The notes: generated by a model from the letters alone, not told the origin. A stretch of DNA of 64,000 nucleotides from Macrostomum hystrix (GCA_950097015.1 CATNEN010000005.1:1798001-1862000), one strand, 5' to 3'; positions 36,401 to 48,457 are shown, numbered from the stretch's first letter. Program-made: numbers and translations.

Positions 36401-38817
36401 TGAGTAGAGAGGGACAGAAATGAGTAGAGAGTGACAGAAATGAGTAGAGAGTGACAGAAATGAGTAGAGAGTGACAGAAATGAGTAGAGAGTGACAGAAA
36501 TAAGTAGAGAGAGACAGAAATGAGTAGAGAGAGACAGAAATGAGTAGAGAGTGACAGAAATGAGTAGAGAGAGACAGAAATGAGTAGAGAGGGACAGAAA
36601 TGAGTAGAGAGTGACAGAAATGAGTAGAGAGTGACAGAAATGAGTAGAGAGTGACAGAAATGAGTAGAGAGTGACAGAAATAAGTAGAGAGAGACAGAAA
36701 TGAGTAGAGAGAGACAGAAATGAGTAGAGAGTGACAGAAATAAGTAGAGAGAGACAGAAATGAGTAGAGAGTGACAGAAATAAGTAGAGAGAGACAGAAA
36801 TGAGTAGAGAGTGACAGAAATAAGTAGAGAGAGACAGAAATGAGTAGAGAGTAACGCCAGCCGATGGCAAATGTGCCCGATGACATCGAAGAAATTGACA
36901 AGATTTTTATCATGTTTTAACAATATTTTTTTCATCAATATAACAATTTAAACAAGAAATCAATGGCCTTGATGATCATCCCTAAAGTCAGTTTTCATTG
37001 TCGCTTAATTAAAAAACGGAATCATTTAGAAGGCATTATCGTGGCATTGTGTGAACACGTCTATAAATCAACTGCGACGCAGTGGTAGTGATTGCGTGAC
37101 TGTCTCAATAGGAATAGGAAAATACGACCGTAATTAAACAAATTTTCTAGACTGGCTGGAAAATATTGTCGAAACAGAAACGATTTGCAAGCGGCTTGGC
37201 AACTCAAAGCCTGTTTCACCTTTTACACCTCCCCTGGAATAGACCACAATGGAATATCAAATACCCATTGCCTACTTCGTGATAGATCCAAAACAGGATG
37301 ACCGATTTGCGTGAAAGTCCACAATATAGATAGAAACCCTGAATTTACAGTCTAACAGGTTGCTCTACTGTCTAACAGGTTGCTCTGCTGTCTAACAGTT
37401 TGCTCTACTGTCTAACAGTTTTCACTACTGTCTAACAGTTTGCTCTACTGTCTAACAGGTTGCTCTACTGTCTAACAGATTTCACTACTGTCTAACAGTT
37501 TGCTCTACTGTCTAACAGTTTGCTCTACTGTCTAACAGTTTGCTCTACTGTCTAACAGTTTGCTCTACTGTCTAACAGTTTGCTCTACTGTCTAACAGTT
37601 CGTCCTACTGTCTAACAGGTTGCTCTACTGTCTAACAGGTTGCTCTACTGTCAAACAGTTTGCTCTACTGTCTAACAGTTTGCTCTACTGTCTAACAGTT
37701 TGCTCTACTGTCTAACAGATTTCACTACTGTCTAACAGTTCGTCCTACTGTCTAACAGGTTGCTCTACTGTCTAACAGGTTGCTCTACTGTCTAACAGTT
37801 TGCTCTACTGTCTAACAGTTTGCTCTACTGTCTAACAGATTTCACTACTGTCTAACAGTTCGTCCTACTGTCTAACAGGTTGCTCTACTGTCTAACAGGT
37901 TGCTCTACTGTCTAACAGGTTGCTCTACTGTCTAACAGTTTGCTCTACTGTCTAACAGTTTGCTCTACTGTCTAACAGATTTCACTACTGTCTAACAGTT
38001 CGTCCTACTGTCTAACAGGTTGCTCTACTGTCTAACAGGTTGCTCTACTGTCTAACAGGTTGCTCTACTGTCTAACAGGTTGCTCTACTGTCTAACAGGT
38101 TGCTCTACTGTCTAACAGGTTGCTCTACTGTCTAACAGGTTGCTCTACTGTCTAACAGGTTGCTCTACTGTCTAACAGGTTGCTCTACTGTCTAACAGTT
38201 TGCTCTACTGTCTAACAGGTTGCTCTACTGTCTAACAGGTTGCTCTACTGTCTAATAGGTTGCTCTACTGTCTAACAGGTTAACATAAAGTCAGACAGTA
38301 GAAGATTATAATAATTTCTATTATACCAGGAAACCCTAACCAACAAGCGCAATGCCCCTATCCAGGCACCCTGAACGAGGACGTCTTCCGCTCAGTGTTC
38401 GCTCAGTACTTTCCCCAGGGCGACCCCGGCGCCTATGCCCGTTTCGTGTTCTCAGCCTTCGACAGGAAGCGGTGCGGCTGTCTGACCTTCAGCGACTTCG
38501 CCCTCGGCTTGTCAGTCATGTGTCGGGGCGGAGAGACTGAAAAATTGCATTGGATTTTCGACATGTACGACATCAACCAGGATGGCGAGGTGACTAAACG
38601 CGAGCTGAACGAAGTTCTGACTGGAATCTACGAACTGCTGGGGCCAATGGTCAGACCACCCGTCCATAGCCTGAGTGTGCTTGAGCACGCAGATCAAGCC
38701 TTTGAACGAATGGATCTCGACGGTGATGGAGTGATCTCCTTTGACGATTTTAAAGGCTACTTTCTGCAGAACCCTGAACTCACGGCCTCACTGGCTCACT
38801 TTGACACCAAAATCTAG
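30452..38817 (+). CDS. KCNIP: Kv channel-interacting protein (KChIP/KCNIP-like), neuronal calcium sensor family, 2 coding exons
   Basis: join(30452..30803,38366..38817), phase 1, gives TRFSAQELRSLYRGFKAECPDGTLNEDVFRSVFAQYFPQGD. EF-hands DRKRCGCLTFSD, DINQDGEVTKRE, DLDGDGVISFDD. The exact start is uncertain (ccatag acceptor directly before the ATG). Confidence 0.9.
30804..32035. repeat. Minisatellite, 20-bp unit (22-bp variant), ~61 copies, starting at the KChIP splice donor
   Basis: Unit GTGA(G/C)CAGGTGTGATCTAGA. Confidence 0.97.
32695..33350. repeat. Minisatellite, 11-bp unit, ~59 copies (KChIP intron)
   Basis: Unit GTGAAATC(C/T)GA. Confidence 0.97.
33850..34940. repeat. Minisatellite, 22-bp unit, ~49 copies, with a 242-bp higher-order repeat (KChIP intron)
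   Basis: Unit GTGTCTAACATATTTCACCTTC. Confidence 0.95.
35370..36853. repeat. Minisatellite, 20-bp unit, ~73 copies (KChIP intron)
   Basis: Unit GAAATGAGTAGAGAG(A/G/T)GACA, with a GAGTCTGAAA variant concentrated on the left. Confidence 0.97.
37349..38283. repeat. Minisatellite, 20-bp unit, ~46 copies (KChIP intron)
   Basis: Unit TCTAACAG(G/T)TTGCTCTACTG. Confidence 0.97.
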
Positions 38818-38824
38818 TACGGTT

Positions 38825-39290
38825 CAGTCAGTCACTCCATCCAGCTGTTCAGTCACTTCATCCAGCTGTTCAGTCACTCTATTGAGCTGTTCATGTCACT
38901 CCATCCGGCTGTTCAGTCACTCCATCCAGCTGTTCAGTCACTCCATCCAGCTGTTCAGTCACTTCATCCAGCTGTTAAGTCACTTCATCCAGCTGTTCAG
39001 TCACTCTATTGAGCTGTTCATGTCACTCCATCCGGCTGTTCAGTCACTCCATCCAGCTGTTCAGTCACTCCATCCAGCTGTTCAGTCACTCCATCCAGCT
39101 GATCAGTCACTCCATCCAGCTGTTCAGTCACTCCATCCAGCTGATCAGTCACTCCATCCAGCTGTTCAGTCACTCCATCCAGCTGTTCAGTCACTCCATC
39201 CAGCTGTTCAGTCACTCCATCCAGCTGTTCAGTCACTCCATCCAGCTGTTCAGTCACTCCATCCAGCTGATCAGTCACTCACTCAGTCAC
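38825..39290. repeat. Minisatellite, 21-bp unit, ~22 copies, right after the KChIP stop
   Basis: Unit CAGTCACTCCATCCAGCTGTT. Confidence 0.97.
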
Positions 39291-39644
39291 TGTTAATGTT
39301 TTAAATCAACAGCAAAATTTCATACAATTAAAAAAAAAGAAAAATGACGGATAAGACATTTATGTCAGCAATAACCAATAGAAGTGTGGCTTTGATTGAT
39401 TCAGTATAATTTAAGTGAGAAAAGCGTTAAAAAATAAATGATTCGCTTTACACACTACTGAAGTTCTAGATTGCAAGTAGCCAGGCATTGCTTTTTATGC
39501 TTTAAAATAAACTAAAACGCTCATTGAATAGAGTTTAGCGCAGTATTTGTGAAATAAACTAAAAGTAAATTCGATGATCAATGCCCAATGAAATTCTGGT
39601 CATATTTGGCCATTAAAATAGGTCATAGCAATTAAAAGACACGA

Positions 39645-40043
39645 AAGTCCCATTCTGGTCTTTTGATTGGCATAAAAATCCCATTCCGATCATTGAGAGA
39701 TGTAAAAATCCCATTCTGGCTACTGACTGGCACGGAAAGCCCATTCTGGTCATTGAGAGTGACATAATAATCCCATTCTGGTCATGGAGAGTGGCATAAT
39801 AATCCCATTCTGGTCATTGAGAGTGACATAATAATCCCATTCTGGTCATTGAGAGTAACATAATAATCCCATTCTGGTCATTGAGAGTAGCATAATAATC
39901 CCATTCTGGTCATTGAGAGTGACATAATAATCCCATTCTGGTCATTGAGAGTGACATAATAATCCCATTCTGGTCATTGAGAGTGACATAATAATCCCAT
40001 TCTGGTCATTGAGAGTGACATAATAATCCCATTCTGGTCATTA
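39645..40043. repeat. Minisatellite, 32-bp unit, ~12 copies, abutting the SLC22 stop
   Basis: Unit ATAATCCCATTCTGGTCATTGAGAGTGACATA; the leftmost copies are degenerate. Confidence 0.95.
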
Positions 40044-42488
40044 GTCATTCGCTGGCAGGCTGACTAAAATGCCGCCTTGGACTAGTTTCGTTGAAGCCTG
40101 ATGCCTCTTCTGCCTGAGGCGGCCCAGCCTGTCACCGTCGTCCATCGTGGCTGGCAAATCGACGCGTCCGCCAGTCTCCGGCATTTGGTAGACTGCAATC
40201 AGTGTTACCATGGCAACGCAGCCAAAAACCGCGAAAGGAGCCGGTGGCCAATATTTGTCCAGCATGGCAACCAAAGTGCTGAGCAGGGCGCCGACTCGAG
40301 CCAAGGTGGATCCGCTGCCGGCACCGACAGTGCGCACTGGGGTCGGGAAGGCTTCGTTCGCGTACAGCCATACGGTGGTGAAGGCCAAGCAGCTCCAGAA
40401 GGTGCCGAAGATGGCGCAGGCGGCTCTTGCCGGTCCCAGGCCCGGCCGTTGGAACATCAGGCTGCAGGCGATGATGGAGGCGCCGATGGAGGCGAAGCAG
40501 ACGCCAAGGACTTGTCGGCGTCCAAATCTGGCGCACAGAACACCGCCGAGGAATCTGGAAGGCGGCTCAACCATGGCCATCAGGACGCAGCTGAGAACCA
40601 CGTTGCCGCCCAGGCTGCCGATGCCAAGGCCGACACCATAGTAGCACATGGAGATGGAAAAGAACAGAGCCCAGCTCAGCAGGGTGATGCGACGCAGGCC
40701 TCTACGGCGAAACAGCTGCGATATTCCAGCTGCCGACTTCTCGGCGACATCCTTGACGCTGTCCTGCTCACGAATGATCATCGGTGGCATCGAGCGACGA
40801 TTCAAGCGGGCGATGCGTTGCAGCGCCTCCCGAGCCTGAAGTTGCCGTCCGGAGGCCAGCAGCCACCGGGGCGACTCGCCGAGCAGCGGAGCGCAGGCGG
40901 CACCGACCAGGCCGACGCAGCCGGCGATGGCGAGTTGGTGCCGATAGTCCGGCATTAGCCAGGCGGCGAGTCCTGCCACCAGGATGCCGAGACACCAGCC
41001 GTGGGAGCCGTTAAAGAGCATCTGGGAGCGCAGCCGGCGCGCAGTCAGCTCGACCATCAGGGCGCAGGACACAGTGACGACACCGGCTGTGCCAGTGCCG
41101 GCGAACACCTCAGCCAGGAGCAGCAGCCAGTAGGTTGGCGCGGCGGCAATGCCAAAGGCAAACAGGCTGACATTCAGTGCCGCGATCAGCAGGGCCAGCC
41201 GGCGCCCGATGCGATCGCTGAGCAGGCCGTAGCCGGTGCTGCCGAGCAAAAAGCCAACGAAATAAAGCGTCGCTGGCAGGCGCGACAGTGCGGATCGATC
41301 GCAAATCAGCAGAAATCGCGTTACCATGGTAACAGTCAGTTGGGATGTATCAAAGTTCCATGCGGTGCAGGGCAGGTGGCGAGATGTACTGCAGTTTGTT
41401 ATAGTCAGGCTGCATTGGTCAACGCTTGCGATCACATCGCAGGAGCTGTCTAGATGAGCATTGGCGAGTGCCTCGGAGACTGTGGCATTGATGTCGCAGT
41501 AGAAGTCGGGTGTGTAGAGGAATAGTGCGTGACCAAGTGACACGGCGCCCGGGCAGATGCAGCAGACAAAGCTAACGATGAGAACTAGCCAAGTGAAGCG
41601 ACCTGAATCGCACACCTTCTCTTGGAGGTCCTCAATCTGCTGAGCACTGCTGCTCACGTTAGGGTCTGCGGGATGCATTGCGAAAATGATGAGCAATATA
41701 CTCTCCTATTTCTCTGCTGCATGTCTAACTTGTTCCTCAACTATATGTCTAACATGTTCCTCAACTAGATGTCTAACATGTTCCTCAACTAGATGTCTAA
41801 CATGTTCCTCAACTAGATGTCTAACATGTTCCTCAACTAGGTGTCTAACATGTTCCTCAACTAGATGTCTAACATGTTCCTCAACTAGGTGTCTAACATG
41901 TTCCTCAACTATATGTTTAACATGTTCCTCAACTAGATGTCTAACATGTTCCTCAACTAGATGTCTAACATGTTCCTCAACTAGATGTCTAACATGTTCC
42001 TCAACTAGATGTCTAACATGTTCCTCAACTAGATGTCTAACATGTTCCTCAACTAGATGTCTAACATGTTCCTCAACTAGATGTCTAACATGTTCCTCAA
42101 CTAGATGTCTAACATGTTCCTCAACTAGATGTCTAACATGTTCCTCAACTAGATGTCTAACATGTTCCTCAACTAGATGTCTAACATGTTCCTCAACTAG
42201 ATGTCTAACATGTTCCTCAACTAGATGTCTAACAGATTTTTCGAACAGAAAAATCGTTAAGTTTTGTTCCCTGAAATATAATTTAGAGTTAGTAGGGTTC
42301 CTTCAGAAGATTCGAAGCTGTCACGAGCCGCTAAAATTACCTTCGAAATTGGCTTTGTCTTTAGCATCGACCGCAGTTGCATGATCGAGATCCATGCACT
42401 TTGGTTCATCAGCGAAAATTTCAGCTGGTTCACTTGTCAACAGTACATTGCTGACTGCTGGCTCAGGGTCTGTTGTCCGCTGACCCAT
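40041..42488 (-). CDS. SLC22-family organic cation transporter, probably 2 coding exons (590 aa)
   Basis: Motifs LSDRIGRR, ESPRWLL, ANEAFPTPVRTVGAG and PET, plus a Cys-containing extracellular loop 1. Proposed complement(join(40041..41665,42341..42488)) uses gaa g|gtaatt and cccgcag|ac in phase 1. An alternative single-exon start is ATG 41678. Confidence 0.88.
41720..42236. repeat. Minisatellite, 24-bp unit, ~21 copies (SLC22 intron)
   Basis: Unit CTAACATGTTCCTCAACTAGATGT. Confidence 0.97.
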
Positions 42489-43500
42489 TTGTTTAACTAT
42501 ATGCTGCTCTGTAACAGACCTAGAGAAATTTGAAGAATAAAAATATTGTAGGTTAATCACAAAACACATTTAATACAGTTGGGAGCCCAGGTGTCCGATA
42601 ACTGAATCCAGGCCAGAGCCAATGCAAATCCATAAGTTTGAATTAGAAGTCTTATCGGTCGGTCGCTGCCTGTTCGACTGACCGAGTGGCCAAGTTTTTA
42701 AACGGTCTAATCTAACAATTTAAACTTCTAGTAGGTTAGGAAATAATTGATTAAAATACAATTGCTGTCTTGATCGTCAAGTAAACACATTCGAGTTTTT
42801 TTTTCTAACAATTTTAGTAGCAAGAAATGTTTGTAACGTTCGTCGAATTCAACGAGGTTGCCTCTCGATTTTCACCATTATCCCCACTTTCTTATAAGTG
42901 GCGTCAAAAAAATCTAGGGAAGACGACCCTGGGCCAGGAACGAATTATGTACTTTTATATACTCATTCGCTGCTCGCTGATTGGTCAGGCGCTTTTCTTC
43001 ACTATCCACGCAGTGTAACCCTCTTTCTCGCAGCCGCTCTGTGATTGGTTGGCGAAGCATAACTGCGATTGTTAATAAGTTAAAGTGGTAGAATAAAAAG
43101 CTAAAAAATCGGTAATTAAACATTCAGGACACATTATTACATCTCAGTCTGTAAGAAGTTAGAAAATTTGTTTTATTTAGGTTCTCATTTCGATCAGCAG
43201 AACGCAAGCGAACTTTTATCACGGAACACAAATTAATTAATCTAAATTATTTTCAAGCAGTTTCTGCATAGTTTTTAATCTGCTGTGGCAGCAAAGTTGA
43301 GTGATTGAAAGTTTGCTTCGTTGAAATGTGTTAAAAGCATAAACGATTGCAAATCGAACAAACCATTTTTACGCACTGCGACGAACTACAAGAAGACGAA
43401 CAGACTACAAAAACACGATCTGTAGACAAATGTTCTTTAATCTTTCAATATGGACTCGACATTGACTGTTAGGAAAGAAAAAAATGAGACGCGATGATCT

Positions 43501-44650
43501 CTAAACCAGCAGCAGTTCCATCTCCTTCATGGAGTACGAAGAGCCGAAGGGGTACTTCCAGACGATGCCATCCAAGGCAGAGACGTTGAATGCAATGGGT
43601 GGTGTATAGTAGAAGCCATTGGGAGTGCACATATAACAGTTATTGTGCCACCATCCGCCTCTGTAGTAGCGACAGCAATCAGAACTGCTGGCATCGTTGT
43701 CCGAGTCGATTGTGCTGAACATCATTCCATTGTGATAGTCCATGGCATTGAATAGCCAAGACGGACTGCCGCGGAAACCACCGATGCTCAACCGGAACTT
43801 GGAGGCCTCGCTGGCCACGGAGAAGCTGGAGTAGTCAGCCCAGAACTCCGTGTCATTCCACAGCCTCATTCGAATGCGAAGCGCTCGACCAGACGGCCAG
43901 GTGAGAGAGAACAGTGCCTGCAAACCTGTGAAAAATTGAGCACTGCAGCTCAGGACTCAGTCAATGACCTCAGTGAGCATTGAATCTGGTTGAATTGAGG
44001 TCTCACCGATCCAGTGGTTGGTGTGGGGTCCGTCTCCGAAGCCCGCTGCGTACTCGCTCCAGTTGCGATAGAAGTCCGTGGAGTTGTCCACCCGACGTTG
44101 GACGCTGATCCAGCAGTCGCTGAGTGACGTCACGAACACCTGCATGGTTGCAGCAAAAGTCAGGAGTCTTAGACCATGCAAATCATCGACACAGGAACCA
44201 CTGGACGGCACGTCTAGTCAATCATTAACGTTTCAACTCACCCGGATGCAGCACGGAGACTGCGGAGTTCGTGTCGTCAGTCTGCGACACGGAGCGCCGC
44301 CTCGGTTTGCTGGAAATATTTAAAAGTGCATACATGAGGTATGTACGCCTTTTAAAAGTACATTATAAGCAGCACTCACCCAGGATGCACTGCGGCTGCT
44401 GAGTGGCGGCTCCTCCGATGAAGACCAGCAGCTGGTCAGTGAGCAGGTGCTTGGCAGCGAGTGCAGCGCACTCCAGCACATCGCTGGCTTGGCTGACGAA
44501 GGAGAGAGCGAACTGGCGAACTCGACCGTCACCCGACCAGCTGCTGCTGTGCACCTCGTAAAGCTTGAGGTTTGGTACTTCACCGAAGGCAGTCAGAATT
44601 GGCATAGCAATGCTAATTACATAGATTGTGCAGCAGATAGTGATTTTCAT
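43501..44650 (-). CDS. Secreted fibrinogen-related protein (FReD/fibrinogen C-terminal domain), 4 exons, 298 aa
   Basis: complement(join(43501..43925,44007..44139,44242..44309,44380..44650)), phases 1,0,1. Signal peptide MKITICCTIYVISIAMPILTA; motifs VQRRVDNSTDFYRNWSEYAAGFG, HWIGL, HNGMMFSTIDSDND, GGWWHNNC, NG and GIVW. Confidence 0.85.
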
Positions 44651-45281
44651 AGCTGTTCATCCACTGCATGGGTTGTGATCCTATTGTATACCAAAGAGTT
44701 TGAACAATAGCTTGATCCGAGTAAGAACAATCGTTTACTTTTATAGCATCAACGAGTTTGTGAAGCGTACCGCGCTACGTCGCGCCAGTCGAAACAGCAC
44801 CCTGAACCGTATTTGAACTATAGCTGTTTGCTTCTTGTTAATATAGGCATTGGGGCATTGCCAGTACCTTCGTGCCAGCTAACACGCAGTTGTTAAACCC
44901 TGACGCATGGCATAATTGGATCCAGAGAAACAGAAAAGAAATTCATTCATTTGTTTGAGAATGAAAGATCGTGTCTCAACAAAGGGAAGAGGCAACGAAA
45001 GTTAGGTTCTATAATGTTTGCTCCAAAAATCCATCAGAAATTTTTTACTGACGAAAAGGACAGAAAAACTCAACTGCAGTGTGTAGCGCCATTCAATTTA
45101 TTCGAAAAATCACCGGAAAATGTGACAGAAATAATTGAAAACAGAAATATTTTTTAAATTTAGCAAGTGTAAGTCAAATTAATAAATGCTAACAAAATAG
45201 AAGTAGATATAAAAATACACCCGCTCGCTGCGAAGCTGCAGGTACCGCCTTTCGTGCTGAAAGGACTCTAAAATACGAGAA

Positions 45282-45842
45282 GGGGGCGTCACTACCAGGG
45301 GGCGTCACTACCAGGGGACGTCACTACCAAGGAACGTCACTACCAGGGGACGTCACTACCAGGGGGCGTCACTACCCCAGGGGACGTCACTACCAGGGGA
45401 CGTCACTACCAGGGGACGTCACTACCAGGGGACGTCACTACCAGGGGACGTCACTACCAGGGGCGTCACTACCAGGGGGCGTCACTACCCCAGGGGGAAT
45501 CACTACCAGGGGACGTCACTACCAGGGGACGTCACTACCAGGGGGCGTCACTACCAGGGGACGTCACTACCAGGGGACGTCACTACCAGGGGACGTCACT
45601 ACCAGGGGGCGTCACTACCAGGGGGCGTCACTACCCCAGGGGGAATCACTACCAGGGGACGTCACTACCAGGGGACGTCACTACCAGGGGGCGTCACTAC
45701 CAGGGGACGTCACTACCAGGGGGCGTCACTACCAGGGGGCGTCACTACCCCAGGGGGAATCACTACCAGGGGACGTCACTACCAAGGGGCGTCACTACCA
45801 GGGGACGTCACTACCAGGGGGCGTCACTACCAGAGGACGTCA
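45282..45842. repeat. Minisatellite, ~17-bp unit, ~32 copies
   Basis: Unit GGGG(A/G)CGTCACTACCA, with CCCAGGGGGAATCAC variants. Confidence 0.95.
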
Positions 45843-46767
45843 AGGAATCGGATGAGGAATCTAAGGAATCGGATGAGGAATCTATAACTAAGGAATCGGA
45901 TGAGGAATCTAACTAAGGAATCGGATGAGGAATCTAACTAAGGAATCTGATGAGGAATCTAACTAAGGAATCGGATGAGGAATCTAACTAAGGAATCGAA
46001 TGAGGAATCTAACTAAGGAATCGGATGAGGAATCTAACTAAGGAATCGGATGAGGAATCTAACTAAGGAATCGGATAAGGAATCTAACTAAGGAATCGAA
46101 TGAGGAATCTAACTAAGGAATCGGATGAGGAATCTAACTAAGGAATCGGATGAGGAATCTATAACTAAGGAATCGGATGAGGAATCTAACTAAGGAATCG
46201 GATGAGGAATCTACCTAAGGAATCGGATGAGGAATCTAACTAAGGAATCGGATGAGGAATCTAACTAAGGAATCGAATGAGGAATCTAACTAAGGAATCG
46301 GATGAGGAATCTAACTAAGGAATCGGATGAGGAATCTAACTAAGGAATCGGATGAGGAATCTATAACTAAGGAATCGGATGAGGAATCTATAACTAAGGA
46401 ATCGGATGAGGAATCTAACTAAGGAATCGGATGAGGAATCTAACTAAGGAATCGGATGAGGAATCTAACCAAGGAATCGGATGAGGAATCTAACTAAGGA
46501 ATCGGATGAGGAATCTAACTAAGGAATCGGATGAGGAATCTATAACTAAGGAATCGGATGAGGAATCTAACTAAGGAATCGGATGAGGAATCTACCTAAG
46601 GAATCGGATGAGGAATCTAACCAAGGAATCGGATGAGGAATCTAACTAAGGAATCGGATGAGGAATCTAACTAAGGAATCGGATGAGGAATCTAACCAAG
46701 GAATCGGATGAGGAATCTAACTAAGGAATCGGATGAGGAATCTAACTAAGGAATCGGATGAGGAATC
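45843..46767. repeat. Minisatellite, 25-bp unit, ~37 copies, directly abutting the previous array
   Basis: Unit AAGGAATCGGATGAGGAATCTAACT. Confidence 0.97.
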
Positions 46768-46825
46768 AGACGGGAAATATGACATAAGAATCGAAAGGTA
46801 ACAAACATAAACAAATCGAAGTCGC

Positions 46826-47236
46826 TCAAAAATAATTTCGATTCTCGACAAGACCAGTTGAGTCGCAGAAAGTGCATCGTCTGCAATGTCGTCTAGTCAC
46901 TGGCACATAACCGACTCCGTTACAACGAGAGCATCTATATTTCTGTCTAGTCTGCCGATGCCACTGCTGCTGCTGCAGGCGGCTAAACAGTAGCCTCAAG
47001 TAGCCGGTCTCATTCAACTGCTCAATCTCGCTAAGCCCACCCAACCAGCCCAGTTGGTCAATCCATACAGCTGGCAGTTGTCTATTGGTGCAAATTGACC
47101 TCGAAGCCGCATCAGAAACAGCATTGCACTCAATAAACGGCACTCCGTGACAGTGTAGAATTCGGCGAATCGTTTGACAGTCAGCGTGGGTTGAACGAAC
47201 AGCTGACAGGCCGGTTGAGAATAGGACTATTCGCAT
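46826..47236 (-). CDS. Glutaredoxin and cysteine-rich domain protein (GRXCR-like)
   Basis: IVLFSTGLSAVRST..DC..IRRIL, LPAVWID..WLGG..EIEQLNETG.L and C-terminal CSRCNGVG and CTFC match the GRXCR1 domain pattern. The 5' end is uncertain. Confidence 0.75.
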   Translation of the reverse strand: MRIVLFSTGLSAVRSTHADCQTIRRILHCHGVPFIECNAVSDAASRSICTNRQLPAVWIDQLGWLGGLSEIEQLNETGYLRLLFSRLQQQQWHRQTRQKYRCSRCNGVGYVPVTRRHCRRCTFCDSTGLVENRNYF

Positions 47237-47312
47237 CGTTTGCTTTGATCAGCTGACTCACTGGAACACTATCAGGAACGAAATTTTGATTGACACCTCT
47301 AAAACTTGACGC

Positions 47313-47525
47313 AGCCGCGGAGAGAAGGCTTGGGGGCTTGCACAGCGAGAGTGTACACTGCCTGACGATGAGAAAGTCAGGGCAGATGTACACACCTGTG
47401 TGAGTGTGTGCTCAGGAGTCAGCGAAATGGGCAGAGATCGCCTCTCGCAGGCTTTACTGTCACCAAATGAAGTGCTGTACGCTCGTACTGCCCCTCAGCC
47501 CTCCTACAAATGAACGAAAAAAAAC
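47313..47525 (+). mobile_element. 5'-truncated SINE2 copy lacking the MITE
   Basis: GAGAGAAGGCTTGGGGG...GTACACTGCCTGAC...TGTGTGCTCAGGAGTCAGCGAAATGGGCAG...TGTCACCAAAT...CAGCCCTCCT matches both sides of the MITE insertion in the 11977 copy; A-rich tail. Confidence 0.8.
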
Positions 47526-48111
47526 AACTGAAGTTTTTCAATTTATATTCACAAAAACTAAATAAAAAATATCTCTTTTTTTTGTAAAGAAATGAAGCAG
47601 TTTTATTTTTAAATATGTTACACAAAAGTATCTACTGCAAACTTAAAAAATTGGTCGATGCAGTTATAATTTTAGTTGGAAAAAACGAAAATAATGTTCG
47701 TTAGAAACTAATGCTTTTAACAGACGAACTGGCAAGGTAAGGGGAATAGATTCCTAGGAAATAATTAACAATAGTCAACTTTCCCATCAGCGCAAAGGCA
47801 TTCAGTATTTACAATGAAGCTGTGACAATTTTTCAGGGGTATTTACGTGTACAACAATAAAATCGCTTATAAATTTAAAAGAGATTTTTGCAGCCGATTA
47901 TTTTGTTAAGAGCGGATGTGAAAACATCACTGTCAGTTTGTGTGAGCGAATCTGATGAGGAAGGAAGCCTCATTTTAGCGAAATAAAAAAATATATAAAA
48001 AACAAAGAGAACAATAACATGAGTATAAATCCTTAAATACGTAAAAACTAAAAATTATAAAAATAATATTCTCTTTTAACAGAGATCACAAAATACGGAT
48101 TGATAGTGGGG

Positions 48112-48397
48112 ATATGAGACATCAGAGAGATGAGACATGAGAGAGATGAGACAGGGGAGAGATGAGACCCGGGAGATAAGAGACAGGGGAGAGATGAGAC
48201 AGGGGAGAGATGAGACATGAGAAAGATGAGACAGGGAGATATGAGACGGAGTGATAAGACGGGAGAGATGAGACACGAGAGATAAGAGACAGGGAGAGAT
48301 GAGACATGAGAAAGATGAGACAGGGAGATACGAGATGGAGAGATAAGACGGGAGAGATGAGGCACGGGAGACAAGAGACGGGAGATATGAGAGACGG
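48112..48397. repeat. Minisatellite, ~16-bp unit, ~18 copies, just after the TM7SF3 stop
   Basis: Plus strand GAGAC(A/C)GGGGAGAGAT; the minus strand reads TCTCATCTCTCCCCTG, the same family as the 12353 array. Confidence 0.9.
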
Positions 48398-48457
48398 AGA
48401 GGTGACTCCCTCTCAATTGAAGCACCGCTGCGATCAGTACAATCTTCGGCAACAGAG

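Noticed and set aside
9973-39304. Other repeat-derived ORFs (9973, 12666, 14753-15740, 17164, 32563, 35301, 38741 and similar)
   Set aside because: They are periodic translations of minisatellites, mostly in introns or UTRs of better-supported genes.
47362-47385. Hammerhead-ribozyme-like CTGACGA...GAAA in SINE2
   Set aside because: Only 3 nt separate the boxes, so there is no helix II, and helix III cannot form. The motif is CTGACGG in the 12120 copy; it is just the loop of a SINE hairpin.
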